Below, in pieces: positions 26,824-38,700 of a DNA stretch of 64,000 bases (position 1 is its first letter; each line of letters opens with the position of its first letter). Origin of the DNA: Candidatus Magasanikbacteria bacterium RIFOXYD1_FULL_40_23 (GTDB lineage Bacteria; Patescibacteriota; Patescibacteriia; Magasanikbacterales; GWA2-37-8); the NCBI GenBank assembly GCA_001783215.1, contig MFRA01000005.1, positions 254,322-318,321 of the forward strand. The letters are read 5' to 3'. A model generated the notes under the pieces. It saw nothing but the letters and a program-made list of their open reading frames with translations. It was not told where the DNA came from and made no database searches. A program made the position numbers and the translations under genes.

Positions 26824-26926
26824 GTATTTGTGTTATTATGCAAGAGTTTAAGGAAAAGGACAAGAAGCCTAAATTGACTTTTTAAGGCTTCTTCTATATA
26901 ATACGACGTATTCTAAACCAAATCCT

Positions 26927-28945
26927 GTGAATGTTTCCGAACTAGCCAGACAACTCAGAATCCACCCTCAAAAGCTTTTGCAAATTTTGCCTGAGTTTGG
27001 TTTTGATATTGGTGCCAAAGCGATAAAGATAGACGATCGTATCGCTCAGCAAATTCAACGCCAATGGAAACGAATTAAGTTTGTAATGGAAGAAAGAGAG
27101 ATGCAGGAAAAAGAAAAGCAAAAAGAATTAGAAAAAGAAGCGCGCAAAAGTAGTGGTGTTACAGTAAATATCGCCGACAAATTAACTGTGCGCGAATTGG
27201 CTGAATTATTGCAGATGCCAGTTACTAGGTTGATTATGGAATTCATGAAGAATGGTATTTTGGCTACTCAAAATGAAAATATAGACCGCGATACTGCTGT
27301 ACTAGTTGCCCAAGAACTTGGGTTTACTGTAGCCGAAGGATCTGGAGAAACTACAGTGGTAGAAGAAACTTCTCATGTAGAAAATTTGCAAAGCATCTTA
27401 ACAGAAGAAGGTGGAGTTGCCCGACCGCCAGTAATTGTGGTTATGGGTCACGTAGACCACGGTAAAACCAAATTGTTAGATTCTATCCGTAGTGCCAACG
27501 TTATGGCTCAAGAAGCCGGCGGTATTACCCAGCACATTGGTGCGTACCAAGTAGTTTGGAATAATCCAAAAACAAAAGAAAAATCTCCTCTTACTTTTAT
27601 TGATACTCCTGGCCATGAAGCCTTTTCGGTTATGCGTGGTCGTGGTGCCAAAGTGGCCGATATTGCAGTGTTAGTTGTTGCTGCCGATGATAGTGTAAAA
27701 CCACAGACTATAGAAGCGATAAATATTATTAAAGCCGTAAAATTACCGGTGGTAGTAGCGATAAACAAAATGGACAAAGAAGGTGCCGATCCGAAAAAAG
27801 TGCGCGCCGACTTGTCTCAGCATAATATTTTGGCCGAAGAATGGGGTGGCGATGTGCCAATGGTAGAAATTTCTGCGAAAAATAATTTAAATATAGACAA
27901 GCTTTTGGATATTTTGCTTCTTGTGGCCGATGTTCACGCCGACGAAATAAAAGCTAACCCAGGTAGAGCCGCTGCAGGTACAATTATTGAAGCTCATGTA
28001 GACAAAGGCGAAGGACCGGTAGCTACTGTGCTTGTACAAACCGGAACCCTAAAATTAAATGATCCACTAGTTGTAAATGGGGAAATTTATGGCAAAGTGC
28101 GCGCCATGAGAGATTATAAGGGAGAGAATTTGAAAGAAGCTGTGCCAAGTTGTCCGGTCAGAATTTTGGGTTTCAAAGTTGCTCCGCAAGTTGGAGATAT
28201 TTTGGATGTTGGTAGTGCCGGTACAGCCAACCTAATTAACATAAAAGAAAAACGAAATATTCAATCTGGTGCTGAAAAGAAAGTCGTTTCTAGAACTGCC
28301 GACCCAGAAGAAGAGGAGCAGAAAAAAGTTTTGAATTTGGTAATTAAAGCCGATACCCTTGGATCGCTCGAAGCAATTATTGGGTCTTTGGACAAGATTA
28401 AAAACGATGAAGTGGGCGTGCGTGTGGTAGGTAAAGGTTTGGGAAATGTAAGCGCCGACGATGTGTCTAAAGCCGAAACTACCCATGCAGTTATTTGTGG
28501 GTTCAATGTGACACCGGTGCTGCTGGCCAAAAACATGATTCAAGATAAAAATATACAATTTTTGGAATTTAGTGTAATATATGATCTCATGGACTTTGTA
28601 AAAGTAGAGTTGAAGAAATTACTAAATCCGGAAAAAATTGTTATCGAGTTGGGTAGTCTACGAGTCGCCGCCATTTTCCGCACCACCAAAAACAGCATGA
28701 TTGTCGGTGGGCGAGTAGAGTCCGGTAAAATTAAAAAAGATGCTCGCGCCAGAGTAAGACGCAACGGAGAAATAATTGGTACTGGTAAATTAGCCCAGCT
28801 TCAGTCCGGCAAACAAACCGTAAACGAATTGCCAGAAGGCAATGAAGGCGGCTTGCAATTTGATGGTAAATTAAAATTAGAAGTGGGCGACGTTTTGGAA
28901 GCTTACAAAGAAGAAGAAAAAGAAAAGAAGTTGATTTTGGGATAG
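26927..28945 (+). CDS. infB: Translation initiation factor IF-2
   Basis: [31 protein letters not shown]; GTG start. Confidence 0.97.
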   Translation: MNVSELARQLRIHPQKLLQILPEFGFDIGAKAIKIDDRIAQQIQRQWKRIKFVMEEREMQEKEKQKELEKEARKSSGVTVNIADKLTVRELAELLQMPVTRLIMEFMKNGILATQNENIDRDTAVLVAQELGFTVAEGSGETTVVEETSHVENLQSILTEEGGVARPPVIVVMGHVDHGKTKLLDSIRSANVMAQEAGGITQHIGAYQVVWNNPKTKEKSPLTFIDTPGHEAFSVMRGRGAKVADIAVLVVAADDSVKPQTIEAINIIKAVKLPVVVAINKMDKEGADPKKVRADLSQHNILAEEWGGDVPMVEISAKNNLNIDKLLDILLLVADVHADEIKANPGRAAAGTIIEAHVDKGEGPVATVLVQTGTLKLNDPLVVNGEIYGKVRAMRDYKGENLKEAVPSCPVRILGFKVAPQVGDILDVGSAGTANLINIKEKRNIQSGAEKKVVSRTADPEEEEQKKVLNLVIKADTLGSLEAIIGSLDKIKNDEVGVRVVGKGLGNVSADDVSKAETTHAVICGFNVTPVLLAKNMIQDKNIQFLEFSVIYDLMDFVKVELKKLLNPEKIVIELGSLRVAAIFRTTKNSMIVGGRVESGKIKKDARARVRRNGEIIGTGKLAQLQSGKQTVNELPEGNEGGLQFDGKLKLEVGDVLEAYKEEEKEKKLILG

Positions 28946-28950
28946 TGTGC

Positions 28951-28985
28951 GATGAAGGATGAATAAAGAAGTATGAATTATGAGG
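28951..28985. repeat. Heptamer tandem array (TATGAAT-like, 5 units)
   Basis: GATGAAG GATGAAT AAAGAAG TATGAAT TATGAGG; inverted relative to 29351-29378. Confidence 0.65.
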
Positions 28986-29365
28986 CTAGAAAAATTAACA
29001 GCTTTGTTGATTTGAATGCTTGGCAGGAAGGGCATAAATTGGTTTTAGAAATTTATGAAATTACTAAAAAATTTCCCTCGGCAGAAAATTTTGGTTTGAC
29101 AAGTCAGATGCAGCGAAGTGCGGTATCTATAACTTCAAATATTGCAGAGGGTTTTGGCAGACAAACATATAAAGACAAAACACATTTTTATTTTATCTCG
29201 GCCGGTTCTTTAACAGAACTGCATAATCAAGTTATTATTTCCAAGGATTTAAAGTATATAACAATAGAAAAGTTCGGTGTTATAGGTGGTCAGATAATAA
29301 AGGTTCAAAAAATACTTAACGGCTTAATAAAAAGTTCAAAGTCTCGCATTATTCATAATTCCTAA
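28973..29365 (+). CDS. Four-helix-bundle protein (23S rRNA IVS protein-like family)
   Basis: F.DL.AWQ, FP..ENFGLTSQMQRSAVSITSNIAEG, GSLTE. Confidence 0.9.
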   Translation: MNYEARKINSFVDLNAWQEGHKLVLEIYEITKKFPSAENFGLTSQMQRSAVSITSNIAEGFGRQTYKDKTHFYFISAGSLTELHNQVIISKDLKYITIEKFGVIGGQIIKVQKILNGLIKSSKSRIIHNS

Positions 29366-29378
29366 TTCTTTATTCTTA
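29351..29378. repeat. Heptamer tandem array (ATTCNTA, 4 units)
   Basis: ATTCATA ATTCCTA ATTCTTT ATTCTTA. Confidence 0.7.
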
Positions 29379-29384
29379 AATAGT

Positions 29385-29705
29385 ATGGAACACATTTTCA
29401 CCGAAGCAAATTTTGATCAAGAAGTTTTAAAATCAACCACGCCGGTATTTGTGGATTTTTGGGCAGCTTGGTGCGGTCCTTGTCAGATGATGTCTCCGCT
29501 TGTAGAAGAAATGGCCAAGTCCTACGAAGGTAAAAATATTAAAATTGGCAAATGTAATGTAGATGAAAACCCGGAAATTTCTTCTAGGTACAATATAATG
29601 AGTATTCCATCGTTTATGGTTTTTAAAAACGGCGAATTGGTAGACCAGGTAGTAGGTGGTGTGCAAAAAGAAAAATTGCAGGCAATGATAGATAAACATA
29701 TATAA
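29385..29705 (+). CDS. trxA: Thioredoxin
   Basis: DFWAAWCGPC and SIP; terminator at 29730-29760. Confidence 0.95.
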   Translation: MEHIFTEANFDQEVLKSTTPVFVDFWAAWCGPCQMMSPLVEEMAKSYEGKNIKIGKCNVDENPEISSRYNIMSIPSFMVFKNGELVDQVVGGVQKEKLQAMIDKHI

Positions 29706-29859
29706 GTAGTTTCTTAAATATTTTAAAAGAAAAGACGATCGTTTAAAGCGGTCGTCTTTTGTATATTGTAAATTTTGTCATATTATGATAAAAATGTACT
29801 ATATTTTCTTAATCTGCCCAAAATTGGGTGGGTAAACGCAAAAACAAGTGGAGGGTCAT

Positions 29860-30306
29860 ATGTTGCTCAGCGCGCAAGAGCTGGCAAGCTTTAGTGGAGG
29901 GCAGGTCCAGCTAAGAGAAGCTTGTAGACAAGTTGGCAATCTGTTTGATGGCAAACATCCGGACTTTCGTTGTGGAGCCGCGCTATTTCAGGGAGGAATT
30001 CAACGATTGCTGATTGTGGAAGATAGTTTGCAAGCTTGGATAGTTTGGTATGCCAAGAACGAAGGTTGTCCAACCCAAGTTGCTCCAAGATGGTTTAAGT
30101 GTCGTGGAAAGATTTTGCAGTGGAGTGTCAAGGGTGTGAAAGAAGATAGCATCATTCGGAAGGATGGGGGTTTGGTGGAACTTCCACTTGGTTTAACCGA
30201 CAGACGGTTGATCTTGTTTCAGAAGGGGTATGCGGGTCGGGAGTATGGCGGCTTGGTAGTCGTCGAAGCGCAGGTGGTGACTGTCAATAAGGGTGATCTT
30301 TTTTAG
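29860..30306 (+). CDS. Hypothetical protein
   Basis: GGAGG before ATG 29860; large hairpin terminator at 30326-30385. Confidence 0.55.
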   Translation: MLLSAQELASFSGGQVQLREACRQVGNLFDGKHPDFRCGAALFQGGIQRLLIVEDSLQAWIVWYAKNEGCPTQVAPRWFKCRGKILQWSVKGVKEDSIIRKDGGLVELPLGLTDRRLILFQKGYAGREYGGLVVVEAQVVTVNKGDLF

Positions 30307-30462
30307 ATAATTTTTTGTCCGTAATCCGCTCGTCGGAATGCCCCAACAATGTTGGTAAAGGTGTCTCGGCGAGCGGTGTTTTTTTGTTTAATTTTGTCTT
30401 GATTATTTATCTGGTTTTAGGTAAGATATATTGTACAAATTATTATAGAGATAATAGGATTT

Positions 30463-33400
30463 ATGCAGAAATACGATCCGAAAAAAATTGAAAAAAAGTG
30501 GCAGAAATATTGGGAAAAGAATAAAACTTTTGAAGTGCAAGAAGATGCTAAAAAAGATAAATTTTATTCTTTGATTGAGTTTCCTTACCCGAGTGGCGAG
30601 GGTCTTCATGTTGGCCATCCACGCCCATTTACGGCCATGGATGTGATAAGCCGCAAAAAAAGAATGGAAGGCAAAAATGTTTTGTTTCCCATTGGTTTTG
30701 ACGCTTTTGGTTTGCCGACCGAAAACTTTGCTATTAAAACCGGTAAACCGCCAGCCGAAGTAACGAAAAAAAATATTGCCAACTTTACCCGCCAGCTTAA
30801 AATGCTTGGGTTTAGTTTTGATTGGTCCAGGCAGGTAGACACTACTGACCCAAATTATTATAAATGGACCCAAAAATTATTTTTGCAATTTTTTAAACAT
30901 GGTCTTGCTTACAAAAAAAACCAGCCAATTAACTGGTGTCCAAAAGATAAAATCGGTTTGGCAAATGAAGAAGTGGTAAATGGAAACTGTGAGCGTTGCG
31001 GCACTCCGGTAGAAAAACGAAACAAAGAGCAGTGGATGCTTGCCATTACCAAATATGCCGATAAGCTTTTGGATGGTTTAAAAAACGTAGATTATATAGA
31101 GCGCGCTCGTTTGCAACAAGAGAATTGGATTGGTAAAAGCGAAGGTGCCGAAGTAGATTTCCCTCTTCGCATGGTACCAGGCCAGACAGATGATAAACAT
31201 TTTGTAAAAATATTTACTACTCGCCCGGATACAATTTTTGGGGCAACTTTTTTGGCAGTCTCTCCAGAGCTTGCTAAGAGTTGGTTAGATATAGGTTGGC
31301 AGGCTAGTGAAGAAGTAAAAAAATATATAACTCAGGCGCTTGAAGCTCGTACCGCGGTAACTGCTCGTGAAGAACAAGAAAAAACTGGTATAAGTGCCGG
31401 CATTGTGGCAATCAATCCAGTTTCCAAAAAAGAAATTCCAGTTTGGATAACCAATTATGTAATGGGTGAAGTTGGTACGGGTGCAATTATGGGCGTGCCG
31501 GCGCACGACCAGCGTGATTTTGATTTTGCCAAAAAGTTTGGATTGCCAGTTAAACAGGTGGTTATGCAAAATATTGTGGTGGCAGGTGCCGCCGCACCAC
31601 GAGAGGGCAAAGATTTAGTGCAGCGTAAAGTAGTGACAGGTATTATTCATAATCCAAAAAATGACACTTTTTTACTTTTACGACGTGCAGATAAAGAAAG
31701 TTCTTTCGTTGGTGGTACCATTGAAAATGGCGAAGATGCTATTACAGCCCTACGTCGTGAAATTGTGGAGGAAACTGGATATACAGATTTTGAAATTAAA
31801 AGTACTTCTTTTCCTAATTTTTTTGGTAATGGCTATAAATTACGTATTGATAAAAATTGTTTGGACTTTGAATATTTTTATGCAGTTGAGCTAAAGAGCG
31901 AAGATCGTCAGGAAGTCAGCAAGGAAGAACTAGCAAAGCATGAACCATTTTTGGTACCACGCGCAGAAGTGTCTAAGACAATTACGCTTACAATGCATCA
32001 ATACATGTGGAAATATTATACAGAGGAAAAACCAAAGTATTTAATTTTTGATTTTGATGGGGTAATTGGTAATACTTTTGAGGCGTGTGCTAAGGCACAG
32101 ATGGTTATAGATAATAAAAGTAAGGAAGAGGCAGTTGAAGCAATGACAAGATATTTTAGCAGTAAGCCAAATCATGCCAAGGGGCACAGTCTTACAGAGA
32201 TAGAGATGGTTGCGAAGCTTGATTGGACGCGCAGATTTGGCGAAGAAATGGCAAAGCTAGAGTATTCATTATTTAGTAAATTTAATAAAGAAATAAAAAA
32301 CATACCAAATACAAAGGTTGCTATTATTTCTGCGGGTTCCGGATTATATATTAGAAATAGAATAGAAGAAACCGGCCTTAACCCAAGCCATGTTCTTACC
32401 TTTGAAGACCATCATTCCAAAGAAGAAAAAATAGAACAGGTCTGCAAAGATTGGGGAGTGTCTATGAAAGACGTTTATTATTTCACTGATTCCAAAGCAG
32501 ACGTATACGAATTGGAAGATTGTTTGGATCGTAAAAAAATAATCGGCTGTGCTTGGGGTTATTGCGGGTATGATCTATTGCGAGAATTGTTGCCAGAAAA
32601 CCAGGTATTAAAAAATCCAGAAGATATCCATTTGTTATTTGCAGATTCGGTTTACGAAAATGAAGGTGTGGCTGTGGAGTCAGAATTTTTAAATGGTTTA
32701 AAAACACCGGAAGCTAAACAAAAAATGATTAGTTGGTTAGAAGAAAATAGAATAGGCAAAAAACAGATAAATTATAAACTTCGCGACTGGGTTTTTTCCC
32801 GTCAGCGATATTGGGGTGAGCCAATTCCGCTTGTGCATTGCGAGAAATGCTCTGGCTGGGTTCCTCTTCCCGAAGATGAATTGCCGCTCAAATTGCCAAA
32901 AGTAGAAAAATATCAGCCAACCGATAATGGCGAATCTCCTTTGGCCGCAATGGAAAAATGGGTAAAAACTAAATGCCCAAATTGTGGCGGTCCGGCCAGA
33001 CGAGAAACAGATACTATGCCAAATTGGGCTGGTTCAAGTTGGTATTTTTTGGCCTATGCAATGGGTGGAGAAAAAAGATTAAAAGAAAAAGGCGATAAGT
33101 TTTGGGATAAAGAAATGCTAAAACATTGGCAACCTGTAGATTGGTACAATGGGGGAATGGAACATACAGTTTTGCATTTGTTGTATTCTCGTTTTTGGAA
33201 TCAATTCTTGTACGATATTGGTATGGTGCCAACACCCGAGCCGTATGCCAAGCGCACATCACACGGCATGATTCTCGCCAAGGGTGGAGAAAAAATGAGT
33301 AAATCCAAAGGAAATGTTGTAAACCCGGATGAAATGGTGGAACAGTTCGGCGCTGATGCTTTGCGCGCTTATATTATGTTTATGGGTCCGTTTGATCAGG

Positions 33401-33957
33401 CAGTAGAGTGGGATACAAATGGGCTAGTTGGGGTGAAAAGATTTTTGGATAAAGTATGGAATTTGCAAGAAAAAGTTGAAAATAAAATTACAGATACTAA
33501 AATTGAGACGGCTTTACATCAAACTATTAAAAAAGTTACCGAAGATATAGATGCGATGCGGTTTAATACAGCGATTGCCAAGATGATGGAATTGGTGAAT
33601 GAGATGTCAAAAGCGGATAAGATTTCAGTTGTAAATTATACTTATTTAGTTCAAATTTTGGCGCCATTTGCTCCACACCTGTGTGAAGAACTGTGGGATG
33701 TGCTTGGACATGAAAAATCATTAGCCTGTGAATCTTGGCCGCAATTTAATCCGGAATTAATAAAGGAGAGTGAAGTCACTTTGGCTGTCCAAGTAAATGG
33801 AAAATTGCGCGATACAATAACTGTGGCCGCAGACATATCGGAAGAAGAGGCCAAAAGGACGGCGCTATCAAGCGAAGCAGTTAAGAAGTGGCTAGAAGGT
33901 AAAGAGCCAAAAAAAGTTATCTATGTAAAAGGCAAGTTGGTGAGTGTGGTGGTTTAG
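30463..33957 (+). CDS. leuS: Leucyl-tRNA synthetase with inserted NUDIX and HAD-like domains
   Basis: FPYPSG.GLHVGH, FTTRPDT, GTGAIMGVPAHDQRD, RDWVFSRQRYWG, KMSKS; 1164 aa. Confidence 0.96.
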   Translation: MQKYDPKKIEKKWQKYWEKNKTFEVQEDAKKDKFYSLIEFPYPSGEGLHVGHPRPFTAMDVISRKKRMEGKNVLFPIGFDAFGLPTENFAIKTGKPPAEVTKKNIANFTRQLKMLGFSFDWSRQVDTTDPNYYKWTQKLFLQFFKHGLAYKKNQPINWCPKDKIGLANEEVVNGNCERCGTPVEKRNKEQWMLAITKYADKLLDGLKNVDYIERARLQQENWIGKSEGAEVDFPLRMVPGQTDDKHFVKIFTTRPDTIFGATFLAVSPELAKSWLDIGWQASEEVKKYITQALEARTAVTAREEQEKTGISAGIVAINPVSKKEIPVWITNYVMGEVGTGAIMGVPAHDQRDFDFAKKFGLPVKQVVMQNIVVAGAAAPREGKDLVQRKVVTGIIHNPKNDTFLLLRRADKESSFVGGTIENGEDAITALRREIVEETGYTDFEIKSTSFPNFFGNGYKLRIDKNCLDFEYFYAVELKSEDRQEVSKEELAKHEPFLVPRAEVSKTITLTMHQYMWKYYTEEKPKYLIFDFDGVIGNTFEACAKAQMVIDNKSKEEAVEAMTRYFSSKPNHAKGHSLTEIEMVAKLDWTRRFGEEMAKLEYSLFSKFNKEIKNIPNTKVAIISAGSGLYIRNRIEETGLNPSHVLTFEDHHSKEEKIEQVCKDWGVSMKDVYYFTDSKADVYELEDCLDRKKIIGCAWGYCGYDLLRELLPENQVLKNPEDIHLLFADSVYENEGVAVESEFLNGLKTPEAKQKMISWLEENRIGKKQINYKLRDWVFSRQRYWGEPIPLVHCEKCSGWVPLPEDELPLKLPKVEKYQPTDNGESPLAAMEKWVKTKCPNCGGPARRETDTMPNWAGSSWYFLAYAMGGEKRLKEKGDKFWDKEMLKHWQPVDWYNGGMEHTVLHLLYSRFWNQFLYDIGMVPTPEPYAKRTSHGMILAKGGEKMSKSKGNVVNPDEMVEQFGADALRAYIMFMGPFDQAVEWDTNGLVGVKRFLDKVWNLQEKVENKITDTKIETALHQTIKKVTEDIDAMRFNTAIAKMMELVNEMSKADKISVVNYTYLVQILAPFAPHLCEELWDVLGHEKSLACESWPQFNPELIKESEVTLAVQVNGKLRDTITVAADISEEEAKRTALSSEAVKKWLEGKEPKKVIYVKGKLVSVVV

Positions 33958-34029
33958 GCACAACTTGTCCGGTTGTATTTGTAGCGGTAAATATGGTAAA
34001 ATAAGGGTGTTAACTTTTTGGATGTCTTT

Positions 34030-34413
34030 ATGCCCACTCAACATGAACAGAGGGTTTTAATTGTAGAAGATGATGCGTTGTTGGCCCAGGTCTTAGCCAG
34101 CTCTTTTAACGAGGTGAAGTTTGGTGTTTTAAATATATATAACGGCTTAGAGGTTCTGGATGCCGCCAAAAAGTTTGAACCCGCTGTTATTTTATTGGAT
34201 CTAATTTTGCCAGGTATAGACGGTTTTGAAGTCTTGAAACAGTTAAAAGCAGATGTGCAAACTAAAAATATTCCTGTGGTAATAATCTCCAACTTAACTG
34301 ATGCTGCCGATATAAAATCAGCTCTTGCGTTGGGGGCAGTTGAATATTTTATCAAGGCCAATACTCAGCTAGAAAAAATAGTAGATTTTGTTAAAAAGAT
34401 AATTAAGGATTAA
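34030..34413 (+). CDS. Single-domain response regulator (receiver)
   Basis: LIVEDD, LLDLILPGIDG, ISN, FIK. Confidence 0.92.
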   Translation: MPTQHEQRVLIVEDDALLAQVLASSFNEVKFGVLNIYNGLEVLDAAKKFEPAVILLDLILPGIDGFEVLKQLKADVQTKNIPVVIISNLTDAADIKSALALGAVEYFIKANTQLEKIVDFVKKIIKD

Positions 34414-34418
34414 ATAGT

Positions 34419-34814
34419 ATGTCCGCGCCTTCAAAGATGGTTTTACTAATTGTAGAGGACGATGAAGTGTTATTAAGAGCTTTGTATATTCTTTTTCACA
34501 AGAGTAAATATACTATAGCATCTGCTACCGACGGTGCTATGGCTGTACAAATGGCGCAAAGACTAAAGCCAAATTTAATTTTATTAGATTTATTACTTCC
34601 CAAAATAAATGGTTTTGAGGTGTTAAGAATTGTTAAATCAGATCCAGCACTCAAAGAAACGCCTGTTATTATATTATCAAATTTGGGTAGCGCCGAAGAT
34701 GTCGAAAGGGCCAAGGCGGGTGGTGCGATTGATTATTTTATCAAAGCCAATACCGATTTGTCCGTTTTAGAAAATAAAATCAAGCAAGTTTTAGAGATTA
34801 AAACTCAGTCATAG
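34419..34814 (+). CDS. Single-domain response regulator (receiver)
   Basis: LIVEDD, LLDLLLPKING, LSN, FIK. Confidence 0.92.
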   Translation: MSAPSKMVLLIVEDDEVLLRALYILFHKSKYTIASATDGAMAVQMAQRLKPNLILLDLLLPKINGFEVLRIVKSDPALKETPVIILSNLGSAEDVERAKAGGAIDYFIKANTDLSVLENKIKQVLEIKTQS

Positions 34815-34847
34815 AGCTTTTAATCTGTGGCGGCTAAATAGAATCAA

Positions 34848-35672
34848 ATGAGATCTGCATGGTTAAATCTGGTTTTATCTTTAACCAACCGCATCTATTC
34901 TCGCAAGCAAGAACTAATCCACAGCACAGGTGTAAAGGGGATGCGACATGTTTTTGTTTTGATTTCTTTAGAAATTATTTTAGCTTTTATTTCTACGCCG
35001 CTTTATTTGGGCATAAAATCCGCTTCCGTCTCCGCCTATTTTAGAGAAAAGGGCGGTTATGAAAAAATAAATTTTGATTATAATATTCGTCGAGTCCTAA
35101 CTCTTACAGGGGTGGGTATTTTTTTATTAATTTGGTTGTTCAAATTGGCGATAATTATTTTTGTGCCGCAAGCGTATGGGCCGTTGCCACTTTATCGTGT
35201 TGGCAATCTTGAACCTATAGATATGGTAGTAAGCGGTGATTTAGCTGCTACCAGCGTTGCTTTCCAAACTGCAAAAACATTGAGTTCTTTACCGTCACCC
35301 CAGTTAAAAGAAATTCGTAAAGTTGCCGGCGGTACCTATGTTTTTATTGGCAATAGTCAGCCTAGCATGGAGGTAGTTTTGTTATTATCAGAAAAAAATA
35401 CCATTGTTTATTCTGGTGCGGCAGATAAAAATGGCCGTTGGGAGATAAAACATTCGCAAAAAGATATCAGGCTTAGCGAGGGCAACCATTCGGTTTTAGT
35501 CTATAATTTTGATGCAAAATCCGGTGTGCGTAGTGTGGCTGCGGGAGAAAAGTTTTTCAAAATTACCAATACCTGGATTGATTCATTGGTTAAAGATGTG
35601 GATGTTTCGGCAAATTGGTCAGTGGTGTTAATTGTAATAGTTGGTATTTTGTTAACTTTTTTAACCCTTTAG
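34848..35672 (+). CDS. Membrane protein with one Ig-like domain; short paralogue of the downstream giant protein
   Basis: Two N-terminal TMs, a beta-rich domain and a C-terminal TM; shares motifs with both ends of 35724-40742. Confidence 0.75.
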   Translation: MRSAWLNLVLSLTNRIYSRKQELIHSTGVKGMRHVFVLISLEIILAFISTPLYLGIKSASVSAYFREKGGYEKINFDYNIRRVLTLTGVGIFLLIWLFKLAIIIFVPQAYGPLPLYRVGNLEPIDMVVSGDLAATSVAFQTAKTLSSLPSPQLKEIRKVAGGTYVFIGNSQPSMEVVLLLSEKNTIVYSGAADKNGRWEIKHSQKDIRLSEGNHSVLVYNFDAKSGVRSVAAGEKFFKITNTWIDSLVKDVDVSANWSVVLIVIVGILLTFLTL

Positions 35673-35723
35673 AGTTTGAAGAGGATTTGTTTTAGGGGCC
35701 AGGATTAATTTGTAAAAAGCCGT

Positions 35724-38700
35724 ATGGTAAAAAGTTTTTTAAATTTTTTCTTTCATTATTCAGGGGCTGTTTTTCGAATTAAGCGCCATATTTTGGAAGC
35801 GGACAAATGGTACAAATCAGTATTTTTTTCATTGATACTATTTTTTGTTGAATTTATTTTTGTAGTTATTTCTTTGCCTTTTTATTTTTTAATTTCTCCC
35901 AAAAATCTGCATGAGCGTGGATTTATATTTCCTTCATCCAAAGATGATTCAATGGCCTTTAAACATTTTGTTGCTAGGCGCAAGATAAGCGCAATTACCC
36001 TTATTAGCGTTTCGGCAGTTTGGGCGTTTAAAGTCTTTTTGTTGGGAGCAATTTCTTATATTTTTTTTGGAGCCGCGCAGATTTTTGCAGATACGCATAC
36101 GTGGGTATTTTCAAATCCTAGTAGTTATACTTATAATTCGTCTCTCGTAGAGGTGGCTGGGGGAGAGGCAAGACTAAAAGATATTGGTGGCACCACTATA
36201 GTTACTACTACTAACCCAGGATTTAATAGTAATGCCACTGGTTGGACTTATGCCGATTGGAATCAGAGTGGTGGAGAGGTAAATGTGGCTGGTACCCGTA
36301 TAACTACTGGTGGTAATCCTGGTGGATGGGTGAGAATTAATTTTCCTATTGGCAATGGCGATGAGTTGGGCGGATATTATCGTCAACCGTTTGTTATTAG
36401 CTTATCTAACCCGTCTACCACTGTTAGTTTTGATTGGCAGGTTTTGGCGCACGATTCTACGCCCGCGCCTGTTACTTTTAAGATGATGGTGTTTGTAGAT
36501 AGGGCAAGTAGCGTTCCTGTAATAGGTCAGGAAGTTTGGTCTTCTGGAGAAATTACTTCTACCAGCACTTGGCAATCAATTTCCAATTTGGATGTTTCGT
36601 CCAAAGTAACTAGCACGGGCACGTATTATCTAAAAGTAGCTGTTTGGCTAGAAACACCTGGTTCAAACACGGGTCCGTTTACTATTGGTTATGATAATAT
36701 TTTGTTAACCTCTGCCAGTACATCCCATGTATTTTCTTCGTCATTACCATCTATTGCGCCAAACACATCTCTTTCTGATACAAAAATTGTAAGTTGGAAT
36801 TCGTTTAGTGAAACCGCCATAAAAAATGGCGGGCAAATTTATTATCAATTATCCGATGATGATGGTGTTAGTTGGAAATATTGGAATGGTTCGTCTTGGG
36901 CAGCGGCTGCCACAACCACTAATTCCAACACTTCTTCTGTTATAAATGCTCATATTTCATCTTTCACCACCAGTACAAATCAAATAAAATGGAAAGGATT
37001 TTTATCGAGTGACGGAACTCAGCAGGTAAGTTTGAGCGCCATTAATATTGATTACACATCAAACAACCGTCCTGCTGTTCCAAGCATATCTGCCAGCCAA
37101 CAAACAAGCGATGGGTTGGTTAATGTAAATTATATTTTGCAAGATGCAGAAAGCGATCTGTCTAGTTTGTCTGCTTATGAATATTCATTTGATTTGGAAA
37201 ATTGGTTTGTAATGACAGCTGCAGTTTCAGATCCGGAGCATAGTGGAATTAATAATTTACTGTCTTCGCCTGTTGGGGTAGCACATACTTTTGTTTGGAA
37301 TGCATTGGCAGATTTGGGCAGTACATATAATAGTTCAGTTTATGTTCGCTTGCGTGCTAATGATGGCATAGCCGATGGCCCCTACGCCACCTCTACTATT
37401 TTTGCTGTAGATTATGTAGTCCCAACAGTTTCTAATTTATCTGCCGCACAAGATTTGGGTAGTGCTAGCGTGCGTTTTGTTTATGACCTATTTGATAATA
37501 CAAGCAGTGATTTATTTGTGGAATTGTTAATTTCCGATGATGGTGGCAGTACTTGGAATGTGGCTTCCAGTTCAGTGTCGGGCGATGTTGGCGCAGGGTT
37601 ATCTTCTGGCACAAACAAAACTATTACATGGCAGGCCGTCGCCGATTTTGTAAATCAGGAGCAAGACGATATGCAGGTACGCATACGCGCTCGTGATAAG
37701 TTTTCCAATCAAGGTAATTTTGTTACTTCAATCAATTTTTTGGTAGACACGCAAGTGCCAACGGTAAATACAACCACCAATTTGTTGGCTCAGCCAAATG
37801 CAGGGGATAGCTCGGTTTTAGTTGGGGGTTCTTTTCATGAATCAAATCCTGGGACCAGTAGTTTTTTTGTGGCTATAAATGGCGGTGATTATGGCGCTGT
37901 TACTTATGGTGAAGGGTACACAGCCTCGCCTTCTCCACAGCTTGTTAGCATGGGTGCGCCACTTACTGGTGCAGATTATATTTCCAAAGTATCTTTGTCT
38001 TTAGAAGATAAGTATGGTCATACCGGGCAAAACGAAAATACTTCTCCAGAAAGTTCTTATAAATATGTAAAGCCTTATACTCCACCAGCACCCGCTATAA
38101 GCAATCCGCAATCCAGTACTTTGGATTTAGTAATAAGTAAGCATGCAGACGAAATTGACGGTCTGGAGTATGCAATTTTTGAAGGTTCACAATCAAAATA
38201 TATACAAGACGACGGAACTTTAGGTGATAGCCCTGTTTGGAAATCTTTGGGAACTGGTGTTGGGCAGTGGGGCGAAGGTGGCGAAGCAGGCAAGGTGATT
38301 ATACAAAATTTGAGTCAACCAATTTCTGCATATGTATTCCAAATAAAATCTAGAAATATTAGTGATTCGTTTCATGCGGCTAGCAGCGAGAGTGGTTTGT
38401 CTGGTGGTGCTTCTTTATCTTATATTTCCCCATCTATTAACATATCAATCAGTTCTTTGGCGCAAACTGCGGATGGTACAAAGTATGTGCCAATTAGTTA
38501 TTCCGGTGCGGATGCGCAAAGCAATTTAAATAGTTTGGTGGTTTACGAATACTCTACAGACAATACGACGTGGCAGACGATGACAGAGAAAACAGGTGTA
38601 GGATCGGATGGAAAAAATAATTTAGTTTTTGCTCCGGCTGGCACCGAACATATGTTTGCTTGGGATGTGGGGGCTGATTTATCTGGTGTAGAATTTTCTA

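Noticed and set aside
28973-29365. DGR accessory gene (avd) or rRNA intervening sequence
   Set aside because: No reverse transcriptase, template/variable repeat pair or rRNA gene in the window.
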